Origin: Eledone cirrhosa
Taxonomy: Eukaryota
Assembly (NCBI GenBank): GCA_964016885.1
Contig: OZ024740.1
Span: 48,546,001-48,610,000, forward strand
Direction: 5' to 3'
Length of the DNA: 64,000 bases
The number at the start of each line of letters is the position of its first letter. Position 1 is the first letter of the stretch. Below are positions 52,552 through 64,000 of this stretch, piece after piece. The notes beneath the pieces were generated by a model. It was given only the letters and a program-made list of their open reading frames with translations. It ran no database searches and was not told the DNA's origin. Position numbers and translations under genes: made by a program.

Positions 52552-54245
52552 ATGGAAAAATGTGAACAGGGACAAAACAGAGAGGCAGTACAACGAATGT
52601 TTATTAATTTCACGCTCTGGAGAGTGGGGTGTTGGTGGGGGACGACGTTTCGGGCATAAGCCCTTCCTCAGGTGAGAAGTGTGTGGGAACAGAGTTCAAA
52701 GGGTGTGTAGGGGAGTGGTGGAGAGACATATAGCGAAAGGAAACGGTGCGAATGAAAAAATAAAATATAAAGATAAAAATAAAAATAAAGCATACAAGGA
52801 ATGAGATAAATTTAAAAATAAAGGCATCATCAAAATAAACTGAAATTAAAAGGGGGGTAAACAGGTGGTGGAAGGGTGTGGGGTGTGTAGGGGTGGTGGT
52901 GGGTGGAGTGGGGAGAGGGAGACGGGGTGTCCGAGCGGGGAGGGCTGAAGGTGGTGTGTGTGTGTAGGTGTGTGTGTGTGTGTATGTGAAAGTAAGGGTT
53001 GGGGGAAGAACGGGGTTGCATGTTCAGGAAGAGGTGTGTGTGTGGGGGGGGGGGGGGTCGGTCGGAGTGTCTGTGCGTGTGTGGATAGAGGGGGGGGGGG
53101 AGAGGAATCAGGAGGCTGAGGGTGTAAATATGTGGTGGAAAGCACGTGTGTGTGGGGTTTAAGCGTGTTGTGGGTGTAGGTGGCGTGTGGAGAAAAAATT
53201 GTTTTGGGGTGTGTGTGTAGGTGAGTTATATAGGTGATTACGTAAGAGGATGGTTGAAAAGTTGGTAAATTCCGAAGATGTTTAGTGGATTGGTTGTTGG
53301 TCAATTTCTGCGTGTGGGTATTCCATGAAGCGATGGTCGGAAGAGGAGAGATGTGGGGTGCGCGCGCAACAGGAAGTGGTCAGCAGTGGGAGTGCTGTGG
53401 TCTGTTTGTGCTGGGAGGTGGTCAGAGGGCATAGCAGCAGTTGGTGGAATGGTAAAGGGGCGAGGATGGGTAGGTGTGAAAGTTGGAGTGAGGAGGGTGT
53501 GTGTGTGTGTATTAGTAGGGGTGTTAGTGGGATGAGTGAGTGTGGAGCGGGGAGAGAAGGGTGTGTGTGGTTCTATGGAGGGAGTGTGGTGTACTGGTGT
53601 GTGTGTAGTTTGATGAAGAGGTGTTAGTGGGTGTTAGTATACAGGAGGTGGGGAGGGGTTGAATGCAGGTGTGAGTGGGGGTTAGTGGTGGTAGGGTGTG
53701 TAGAGTTGGTGGTGTACGAGGGTGTGTGGGTACGTGTGCGTGGGGTTGGGGGTGTTAGTGATGTTAGTTGCGTGTGGGGTGGGTGGTGTAAGTGGGTGCG
53801 TGTGTTCGTGTGCTTGGGGTTAGGGGGTGTTAGTGAGGTTAGTTGCGGGGTGGTGGGATGGAGGTGTGGGGGTGAGGGTTAGTGGTGGTAGTAGGGTGTG
53901 TGTTTAGTGTGAGCGCGTGTATATATGTGCCGGTGGGTGTGTGCGTGTGATAAGGAGGGGGGAGGAGGAGGAGAAGAGGGGAGGGAAGGGATGTTAGTAT
54001 GTTAGTTGGGGAAGGGTGGTCAGATGAGGGGTGGAGTGGAGGTGTTAGTATTGTTAGTTGTGGGGTGGGCGGTGAAAAGGAGGGGTGTGTTAGTAGTGTT
54101 AGTGGGGGATAAGTGTGGGGGGAGGGGGGCGGTCGAAGGCTAAAGGAATAAGGGTGGGGAGTTCAGGCCGGGGGGAGTGTGGGTCTGTAAGATGAAGATA
54201 GTTCGTTGTTCGACCGTAAGGCGATTGGCGGGTGTTCCGTGGCAT
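52551..54245 (-). mobile_element. Penelope-like element 3' fragment (GIY-YIG C-terminus, long C/A-rich tail, hammerhead)
   Basis: Minus strand NRLTVEQRTIFILQTHTPPGLN at ~54225-54160; HHR at 52641-52675; absent from the paralogous site at ~63000-63058. Confidence 0.8.
52641..52675 (-). ncRNA. Minimal Penelope-type hammerhead motif
   Basis: CUGAGGA-aGGGC(UUAU)GCCC-GAAA-CG-UC; palindromic ACGU stem III; weak stem I. Confidence 0.7.
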
Positions 54246-54487
54246 ATATAGTGTTAGTATCATAAATAAGAGGCAGTTTAATTTGTACATTTTATTACAC
54301 CATTCCTTTATACGTATATATACGTATATATACATACACAAACAAGTTATTTACAGTTGTATAAAAAAGAAGTATAATTGTTTCTACTTTTGGCACAAGG
54401 CCAGCAATTATCTCAGTACATTACTGGTACTTTATTATATATAATATATATAATACGACATTCCTCTCTCTTTTTTACTCTGTCTTT

Positions 54488-55186
54488 CATTCGTTAGCTT
54501 GGCTGCAACCAGAGCTTCGTTGATGCTGTACTAAATTTTGTATTATTATCTCCTAGAATTAACGATTAATTGATTAATTTAATTAGACAATTCTATTGAT
54601 TGATTAATTGTTTATGTTTGTTTGATAACTTCTAGTTGAGTGCTTAATTCGGTTTGTGTAAGGGAATTTTATTCCTTTGTTCCAAATTCGATTTGATCGC
54701 CAAAACCGGGGATTACCTCCCTTTGGGAAAACCATGTGCCTTTTAGCAGTGCTTACTGCTAGAACACACACTCGGGCGGACGAGAACGAAAAACTTGTTG
54801 ATGAAGTAAACTCCACTGTTTTATCCTCAAAAACCATTAACTTGCAGACCCCTGCAAGTGGATTTTGTCGATTTCGGATTTACAGAAACCTAGCGGAGAT
54901 GTTATATATTGTATGTGATGTATATTATATGGTATATATTATGTGTTGTGTATGATATCGACGCGATGGTCCAGGTTAGTCAAAACAATTTTCCTGAGTC
55001 CAATTTTTTTCGTCGCTATGGTCACTGCGGCCCGTCTATCGGTTGCTGTATTCGATTTGCAAAGCTGTCTAAACGTAATGTTATAACTCTAGGGTTTATG
55101 ATCCCTATTGAGTGCTTAGCTGTACACCGAGACTGCATTCGTTAGCTTGGCTGCAACCAGAGCTTCGTTGATGCTGTACTAAATTT

Positions 55187-55190
<4 letters not shown>
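54488..55190 (+). mobile_element. 648-bp-period insert with 55-bp terminal direct repeat
   Basis: 54488-54542 is identical to 55136-55190; followed by (TA)n. Confidence 0.75.
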
Positions 55191-55235
<45 letters not shown>

Positions 55236-55869
55236 GTGTACATATTTTCAACAGTAATACTATACTATATATTTTCAACGGTGAATCTGTACTATACTAT
55301 ATATTTTCAACAGTAATACTATACTATATATTTTTAACAGTAATACCGTACTATATATGTTCAGCAGTAATACTATACTATATATTTTCAACAGTAATAC
55401 TGTACTATATATTTTCAACAGTAATACTATACTATACTATAATTTTGTCAACAGTCATATTATACTATATATTTCCAACAGTAATACTATACTATACTAT
55501 AATTTTGTCAACAGTCATACTATACTATATATTTTCAACTGTAATACTATACTATACTATAACAGTAATACTATACTACGCAGACGGTTTATCGTCTGTT
55601 TATCCAAGCAAAGCCTGGTACGTCAGCTATATATATATATATGGATGCCGTAGAACACACCAATGGTAGCTGGGCGCCAGCCGGACGGGTCAGCTAGTCT
55701 ACTATATAAATACTAGACAAATCGCCCATAAATCACACTCTACTTTTAACAAAGGAAAGGCACATTCTATAATATAGGCCTACATTTTAAAAATGAGGTT
55801 AACGTGTTGAACGCATTTGATCGTAAGTCTGCATCTTTAAGGAAGGTTGACCAGTGACTAAACAGTAAC

Positions 55870-56150
55870 TACAACTTAGTCACTTCGTCCACATACTCCG
55901 GTACCGCCGCCCACAACGCAGAGGAAATAGACAAATTCCGGGGATTGTCCGGCCGCTTTCTCTTCGCACCGGTCGCCGTCGAGACTTTGGGCGTACTTAG
56001 ACCCCCCCCCCCATATAGTCGAGCTCCTTCGCAAGATCGGAACATCGACGGCCCGTCTGAGGAAGGATCCCCGCGAGGTGGGGTGCTTTTGTAGCAGGTG
56101 TCGCTGACCATTATCTACGGGAATGCTTTTGTGGTCTTGTCCGTGGGGGC
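55870..56150 (+). mobile_element. CRE 3' fragment
   Basis: KFRGLSGRFLFAPVAVETLGV...VSLTIIYGNAF. Confidence 0.78.
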
Positions 56151-56707
56151 GCAGCCCCTTTACCGCCGCACTCTAGGGCTCAGAGCCCTATCAACCTCCC
56201 TCTCTCCCTCCCCATTCTTTTGTGACACTAGCTTCCTTGCCATTCGCTCCCTTTTCCATTTTTCTTTATTTTTTATTTTATATTTTCCTATTTTACATTC
56301 CAATTTTTCTTCTCAATCTAAATTTTCTTTTTTTCTTTTTCTATTAAACTGTATTAGCAAGTGTAGTTATTTCTAATGGAATCATATACTCACAAAGAGA
56401 AACCAAATAGTTTACTTTGCTGCTATAAATGCGGATCAATTTATATCAATCTCATCCCACTTCCGCCTCCTTTCACTACTAGTTTCCTTTGACAAGACAC
56501 GAAAATTTTAAGCCTGAAGCTAAATGTGAGAACATTAGAAAAATTTGAAATGTAGTCGCCCCAACGTAAATAACTATAATAATTGTCAATCACAATAAAT
56601 ATACATAGTTAAGAATATTTAGTAAAGTACCTCTTGAGACGGGAAAATGTGGACAGAAATACCTGCGAGGAATCAAACCATGCATCTCTAAACTTAAAAT
56701 TTCAAAC

Positions 56708-56826
<119 letters not shown>

Positions 56827-57158
56827 TAAGTATGTATGTATATATGTATGGAATGTAGAAAAGAAACACACGAGTTCGTTCTCTGTTAGCCAACTAACAG
56901 AACGAAGGTCAAACACGGACAGAGATATGAACTCTCCTCTCTAAATATGTATGTAAAACTAATAATTTGTCTTCCCCTTTTTATCATTCGTATAAATATG
57001 CAACATAACTACATTATACATATCTGCAGTTGAAAAAGCATATAATGCTGAAACAGGTATCACTATTAAATGCGGAAATATCTACTTTATAAATAAATGT
57101 TTTGATATTATACTGATTTGATTTTCTAATGAAAAAATCTTTTTCCTCTCTACTATTT

Positions 57159-57210
<52 letters not shown>

Positions 57211-57409
57211 AACGAAGGAAATGTGGTAAGGAACCAGGTGGACCATAACGCACCAAAGTACTCAATACTTAGGGTAGTAGAGTGGGTAATAGGAACGAGT
57301 AGAACCCCGACGGCTGAGCTCAAGCCGTTTCGACGGCTAATTCTGGACCCTGAGTCCAGAATTAGCCGGCGAAACGGCTTGAGCTCAGCCGTCGGGGTCC
57401 TACTCGTTC

Positions 57410-57410
<1 letters not shown>
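57211..57410. mobile_element. Fold-back mini-element carrying the 3' half of a hammerhead, within (TA)n
   Basis: Inverted arms 57293-57348 / 57354-57409; GAAA-CGGCT(loop)AGCCG-TC on both strands. Confidence 0.8.
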
Positions 57411-57464
<54 letters not shown>

Positions 57465-57682
57465 AGTATGTATGTATACGTACATACATATATGTATACA
57501 GACGAACAGTAGTATATATATATATATACATACATGCACACATATATATATGCACGTATCGGTTTACCGAACATTTATTATAATGCTCGGTTTGTTTGTT
57601 TGTAAACAAACAAACAGCCCGAATTACGCCGTACAGTGTTTAGGCAACCACGTCACCTTTTTGTTCAACACTGACACAGGAA

Positions 57683-57723
57683 CGATGTACTAGTTTCAAA
57701 TTTATTAGCTATCGTCAGCATCG
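57683..57723 (-). ncRNA. Type I hammerhead motif with degenerate stem II
   Basis: CGAUG-CUGACGA-uagcuaauaaauuu-GAAA-CUAG-UA|CAUCG; perfect 5-bp stem I and palindromic stem III. Confidence 0.65.
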
Positions 57724-58425
57724 TATACCTTCCTGCCAGATGGTTGAACGTCTGAAAGTATATACTTTCCTTATGCATATTAACGGCTGAGCAGCCTAAT
57801 TTGCATATCGAGTGAGTTCAGTCGGCCGGGCACACCGAAAACGATAAATGGAATAGAATGAAACGAAATTTCATTTCTCACTCTTAGTACGGCACTTACT
57901 TAAATGTAAACCGATACGTGCACATATATATATATGCATATATATATATATGTGCATGTATGTATATATATATACATACTACTGTACGTCTGTATACATA
58001 TATGTATGTACGTATACATACATACTTATATTTAAGTAAGTGCCGTACTAAGAGTCAGAAATGAAATTTCGTTTCATTCTATTCCATTTATATATATATA
58101 TATACCTAACTGTTATCTACCTTCCTACCTTTCTCCTTCAGCTCTCTCTCTCTTTCACCTACCTGCCGACATATCAACTTGTCTATCTATAGCTATCTAT
58201 ATGTCTATATTTACCAATGTATCTCTCTTTAGGGAAGTACGACGATAACGACGACACACGAATTCCAATAGCAGTCTGAAGATAAGTAGATAAATAGTTA
58301 GATCGATAGACAGATAGATATTAGAGGTGTATATGTAAGCATATGCTTTATGTTCTTCTTCACCCGTCGTTTTTTTTTTTTATGAATACTACCCTAATAA
58401 TATTAACAGCAGAAAAAAAATGTTT

Positions 58426-58497
58426 AGGTTCTACCGAGACTTGAACTCGGATCGCTGGATTCAGAGTCCAGAGTGCTAACCATTACACCATAGAACC
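58426..58497 (-). tRNA. tRNA-Gln (anticodon CTG)
   Basis: GGTTCTATGGTGTAATGGTTAGCACTCTGGACTCTGAATCCAGCGATCCGAGTTCAAGTCTCGGTAGAACCT, a 72-nt cloverleaf with a T8 Pol III terminator just downstream. Confidence 0.97.
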
Positions 58498-60541
58498 CCA
58501 TACAGATGGTTGTTAACTATTTATCTTGAAATCAAATTACATGTCATATGTTTTCTAATTAATTGTTAGTGTGTTAGATAAAATGCTTTACGAGAAGTAA
58601 GTCTATGATTAAAGACGTTTTCAATCATAGCGTACTATCCCTTTCATTCATTCATTCACACTGTCACATGATTGATTTGGTTACACATAGCTGACTAGGC
58701 TTACTATTTAGGACTGAACTGATCTTTTATTAACTCGAGCTCGCTATTGCCATATAGAAATGTTTATTTTTTAAAGGTAGGAACACACACACACGCCCAC
58801 GCACGCTCCCCCCCCCCCACACACACCACACACACACACCACACACACACACGAGGGCGCATGCCTGTTCTATCGCTTCAGATATATTATCGTCTGCGGT
58901 TATGCCGTGAGTGTCTAGGCATGCCGCAAAAATTTTAGAGGGCATTATCGGTACTAGTAGAAAAACCATCCTTCAGGTGGTTTTCTGCTAGCATGTATAG
59001 TGTGTATATTGATATTATACGCAAGTATATATGCATGTAGATATGATCAAATAAAATCGTAATTGGCAATATACACAGAAATTGAACGAAGACTGTGTTA
59101 CATTGTCTTATGTAATCAGTTGCATATGATACATTAAAAAGAGACGATATTATATATAAACTGCATTAGGAGAAAATTAGTGACAGAAATATATGAATAT
59201 TTATTTAAACGATCGCTAACCGGAAGTGTTGACATTTGAAAATTTTAAAGAAGTGAATCTTTAAATAAGTAATAAAATATATTTAATGAACAGCCTCGAA
59301 ATTTAGTAGATAAATTATGTAATATTCATTCATTATTTATTCAAAGTAATGATCTGAGTTCAAATCCTGCCGAGGTTAACTTTGCCTTTCATCCTTACGG
59401 GGTCGATAAAATAAAGTACCAGTAATACACTGGGATAATTGCTGGCCTTGTGCCAAAAGTAGAAACAATTATTTATTCAAAGTAATCCAATTTATTTTAC
59501 TAAGGGGATAACAAATTATAAACCGTACGCAGTCCCCCCGCTTCTTACTTTATTATAGTTTAGATTATATATTGTAATGTATAATTGTGGGTGTGAGCAT
59601 AACTGCTTTTAATCTGATTCATTTTTATTGTTACTGGTGGTCTGTTTTCCTGATTATGTGTCGGAAATAATGTTTGAGAGTGTTCTATTGTTTCACAGTT
59701 TCATATTGAATAACTTATTCTTACACATTAATTTAAGAGGGTCACTACATAATTAGCCAAACGACGGAACCACCATCATCACCAACAATATAAATTTGAA
59801 TTATCAGTATTTTCTTTTATTCTATCAACATAATCGCAATCTACATCATGGAAAACATGTTTCTGCAAAATTTCATTAAAATTATGCACCATTAAACTGT
59901 GAAGATAGTGTAGTTGTGCCTCCAGATTCATTGTAGCGTGAGTTTGTGATTTTAGATGAAGTTGCTATTTTTATATTGATATTAGTGTCATTTTACTGAG
60001 ATTTCTATTTTATCACGCTATTATTTTTACATTGCCATTCTGAGTTCAAATCCCGCCGGGGTTAACTTTGCTGTTCATCCTTACGGGGTCGATAAAATAA
60101 AGTACCAGTAATGCACTGGGTAATTGCTGGCCTTGTGCCAAAAGTAGAAACAATTATTTTTACATTGCATATCTCTGTAAACTAGTGATGATCTGCTATT
60201 CAATTCTTTCTAAACCTATGATTGATCTTTGCTGGTTTTTGACACTGTTACACAACCATTAGCTTGTTGAGTATGTTTGTAGTTAATCCCTTCATGTTAC
60301 TGTGATGTTCATTTGATTGTGGTAACATCATTGGGTTAAGTAACTGCTTGGTAGACAAAAACACGTCGCTTTCAATCAAGTACAACCCATTATAACGGTG
60401 GGCGCAAAACTCACTGACTGATTTTGTTTTTAACACCGCATTAGCTGGTTTTCAGTCATTTGCAGTCGGTATGGACGTTTAGCGTCAAATTTAGAAATTC
60501 AGTTTTCGAGCCAAGTGAATTCTGAGAGCTGCAAACGAGTC

Positions 60542-62575
60542 TATAGCGAAGATACTGGGTTGTATGAATGCAACAAAACGAGACATGGTTTGTGTGTATA
60601 ATATTTAATTAACAATGGTAGATAGTATAGTTGACATGTCAAAGAAATAGATGAAAGAATGAAACAAAGTTAGTCGTTACCGTTTTGATTGCCAGGCAAA
60701 CGCGACTGGCAGAAGACGCCTGGCTAAGGCCAGGCGCCGGAAGGGCAATGAGAGGGAGAGAGCCGAAGGCTATTCGTTTTATAGGGCTCTGACCGGAAGT
60801 TACAGAAAGGGATCTACTTCCCGTCTAGATGTTAATCTATTGGGGTTGTGAGTCACAAGGGAGACAACCGCTACATAACCCCCCGCCAGAATTTTAGAAT
60901 ATAAAAATCGAATGAAAATATGTAGCAAGTTGGCGAGAATGTTGTAACAGGCATGAAAATTACGACAAAAGAATGTTTGCAAAAATCAATGATAGATATC
61001 AAGGTAGCCAACCGCTCTTGGCCAGAGAACGACTGGACATCTATCTATCCATCACCCAAAGATACAATGTAATAAAATAGGAGAAGGGCTCAAAGTTCAA
61101 ATGTACAAAATATAGTTCACAGGTGTGCAATCACATGACAGCAGGAAAGAAAGTGTGTTCCAGAGAATGAATGCAGGTGGTTTCTGTTCTGTGGTATATC
61201 GTGAAATTTCCAGCCTCCGAATGGATTTTCTCACAGGAAGAGTGCTGCAAAAATAAATTCTCTGGCGTTCTGCTGGTTTTGGTTGTTGGTGAAGCTGTGT
61301 TGCTGTTGATGTCTCGCGGAGTGAGCGTATTCGGTGTTTAAATTCACAGTAAAAAAAAAAAATTTTTTTCAGAAAAAATGAGTTGCGCAAAGTGCTAGAA
61401 ATAGAAGCCGAAGTTGATGGTCGATGTTGAGAATGCGTTGACCTGGAAGGGTCAAGAGGCCAGCGACCAAAGAAATAAGCATTCTGAATAAATGCGTAGT
61501 TTTCAACGGCAAATTTACGTGGTAAATGTTTAAACCGGCAAATAGGAGAATATAGCTTAAGGCTGAAGAATCCTTGGCGAGAAACGTTATCTCTGGCGTG
61601 CGGCTATCTCTGTGAGTCGAGAATTTGTGCTGCCTACACGTGCCAATACAAGGTGGTAAGGTTGAAAAAATAATATTTCTAACGTGCTAGAAAATGATAG
61701 TGCAAGTGTGAAAGTGACAATGATGAAAAAGAAAGGCTTCACTCGGCATAATTATTGGTGTGAACTTTGAAAAAAAAACAAAACTTGAACGATGAAGAAA
61801 ACGATGAAAAAAAAGGCAATGGTTCATCGAAAATAAATGTTCCTGTTGAAATGTTTTTTAAAGAATATCAAATTTCTTTTTTTTGTTGTTGTTTTGAAAG
61901 TGTTCGTTGTAAGAAACGAGAAACATATATATATATCGTGAAATGTTTTTTTTTTTTTTTGTTTTGAAAGTATTCGTTGTAAGAAACGAGAAACATATAT
62001 ATATCGTGAAATGCGACAGTTAGTTGATGCGTGAGAGAAAAAGTCTGTCTGAACGCGAATTCCACATGTGCGTGTGTGCGTTTCTTTGAGTATTTTCATA
62101 GTTTGTCGATAAATTTGCTGTGTATTCGTAATGTTACTCACACAACACCAGATCCGCTATTTTTTTTGGGGGGTGGGGGGGGGGGGGTGACCACTTATAG
62201 CGATGAACGGCTGCGTGTTCGTATCACGTCAGGGTTACCAATATAGCGAAGATACTGGGTTGTATGAATGCAACAAAACGAGACATGGTTGGTGTGTATA
62301 ATATTTAATTAACAATGGTAGATAGTATAGTTGACATGTCAAAGAAATAGATGAAAGAATGAAACAAAGTTAGTCGTTACCGTTTTGATTGCCAGGCAAA
62401 CGCGACTGGCAGAAGACGCCTGGCTAAGGCCAGGCGCCGGAAGGGCAATGAGAGGGAGAGAGCCGAAGGCTATTCGTTTTATAGAGCTCTGACCGGAAGT
62501 TACAGAAAGGGTTCTACTTCCCGTCTAGATGTTAATCTATTGGGGTTGTGAGTCACAAGGGAGACAACCGCTACA
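60542..62575 (-). mobile_element. Non-autonomous LTR retrotransposon (TRIM/LARD-like)
   Basis: 334-bp LTRs 60542-60875 and 62242-62575; TSD AGTC; PBS tggtaaccctgacgtg at 62225-62240; PPT at ~60876-60895; no gag/pol seen. Confidence 0.92.
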
Positions 62576-62659
62576 AGTCCATTCACTCCAATCATTTCTT
62601 TTATTAGTATTTCTTTGTTCTTACTGCGCAAGCGATGTAATTATATTATACGCGTAGTA

Positions 62660-62998
62660 TCTATACTAATAAAGCTGACGGCCGTATGTATGTAACAAAC
62701 TTTTCGCCAAACGGCTGAACTAAACGGCACCATAGATGTAACTTTTTCCAAGTAAGAAATTGAGGCTATTTTTGTCTACTAAATTTTGTTAAAAGATTAA
62801 AGATATTATTTAAATATTCACTTCTTTAAAATGTTCAAATGTCAACACTTCCGCTTATACGACATTCTTCTCTCTTTCTTAGTCTGTCTTTTTAGATAGA
62901 TACATAGCTATAACGTCGCGCCCTTATAATATGTCTCTGTGTGTCTAACTGTTTGCATTATGAAAACCATTCTGTACATTGACTTCGCTATCTGTGTG

Positions 62999-63046
<48 letters not shown>

Positions 63047-64000
63047 GGGGGGGGGTATAGTGTAAGTATCATAAATAAGAGACAGTTTAATTTGTGCATT
63101 TTATTACAGCATTCCTTTTTACGTATATATACATACATGAACATGTTATTTACAGTTGTATAAAAAAGAAGTATAATTGTTTCTACTTTTGGCACAAGGC
63201 CAGCAATTATTCAAGTACATTACTGGTACTTTATTATCTATATATATGTCTGTCTGTCTGTCTGTTTCCCTAAAACTCGAGAACCTCCAACCGATTTTTT
63301 TCAAACTTTATACATGTAATACTTATGGTCGTGTGAGTGTTTTGAGCAAAAAATATTTCAAATTTTCAATGTTCTACGGACAGCATTAGGCAAAAGACCG
63401 ATTTTTAAAAGCATGTTGGTTGCGTTATGGCCTGTAACTCGAGAAGTACCCAACCAATTTTTTTTTAAAACTTTGCTTATGCATTACTTATGTTTCACAA
63501 GTTTTCTTGACTGAAAAAGATTTCAAATTTTTGCCCGGGGACCGCATTGTTTAGCATTTTGGTTGCGTTAGAACCTGTAACCTTAAAAGTATCCAACTAA
63601 ATTCCTTCATGCTCTCCACCACTGCAGTCCCACATGCTTACTGCTCTGTAACTATTGCTTTCATTGTACCATAGCACAATAAATACATGTTCGGTTTGTG
63701 GAATGCCTTTTTTAATTAACCGTATCGTCTTGGCTTTCGTGGGTTGAACATTTTACTCTCAGGCACCCAATTAAGTTAAATCCCTGGTAATCTACGACGA
63801 ATTTTTTTTATAAGCACAAAATGTAGACACCATCCCCAGGTCGAGGTATTCCGTACTTCTTTGTACTATTTCAGAAAGCAGGGATAAACATGCCAATCTA
63901 TGTTTAGAATCCCGAGCAACGCCGGGCCATTCTGCTAGTATATAATATATATAATGCGACATTCCTCTTCTTTCTTACTCTGTCAGTTTAGATAGATACA
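62660..64000 (+). mobile_element. Second copy of the Helitron-type element (runs off the window)
   Basis: Matches 52143-52500 and 54246-54487. Confidence 0.75.
63237..63938 (+). mobile_element. Non-autonomous Helitron nested at an A|T site
   Basis: TC start; hairpin cccgagcaacgccggg at 63911-63926; CTAG end; no TSD; empty site visible at ~54437. Confidence 0.88.

Larger units (their letters stand above)
52143..55697 (+). mobile_element. Non-autonomous Helitron-type element with nested insertions
   Basis: A|TCTATACTAATAAAG start; GC-rich subterminus then CTAG|T end; paralogue starts at 62660; internal minisatellite at 55215-55580. Confidence 0.65.

Noticed and set aside
52830-53882. Several overlapping ORFs rich in H/T/P or V/C/G
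   Set aside because: Translations of the low-complexity PLE tail; no domain signal.
55215-55580. Regular repeats superficially like a CRISPR array
   Set aside because: No unique spacers and no cas genes; an AT-rich minisatellite inside a Helitron-type element.
57025-57066. uugaaaa-AGCAU-aua-AUGCU-GAAA-CAGG-UA HHR-like motif
   Set aside because: Requires a U3-A8 core variant and has no convincing stem I.

Overview
A eukaryotic, AT-rich, repeat-saturated window with no recognisable host protein-coding gene. The SINE/RTE/Penelope repertoire and (TA)n density suggest an octopod cephalopod; this is inference, not a database result. Mobile elements: one near-full-length and about nine fragmentary CRE-clade non-LTR retrotransposons; RTE LINE fragments; L1/Tx1 remnants; two Gypsy LTR retrotransposons with TSDs (24156-29833 minus, and 30767-38223 plus, heavily nested); a 2-kb non-coding LTR element; a solo LTR; mariner and piggyBac-type remnants; nested Helitron-type elements; many SINE copies. 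RNA genes: one tRNA-Gln(CTG) and a pseudogene copy. The most striking signal not captured by the ORF track is a set of type I hammerhead ribozyme (HHR) motifs. They sit in small non-coding elements, mostly embedded in (TA)n tracts and several with terminal direct redundancy or fold-back ends, next to two Penelope-like GIY-YIG remnants that could mobilise them (a retrozyme-like system). PHD-type zinc fingers occur in both the CRE and RTE proteins, and three LTR elements have non-CA ends. Coordinates were read by eye; fragment boundaries are approximate.
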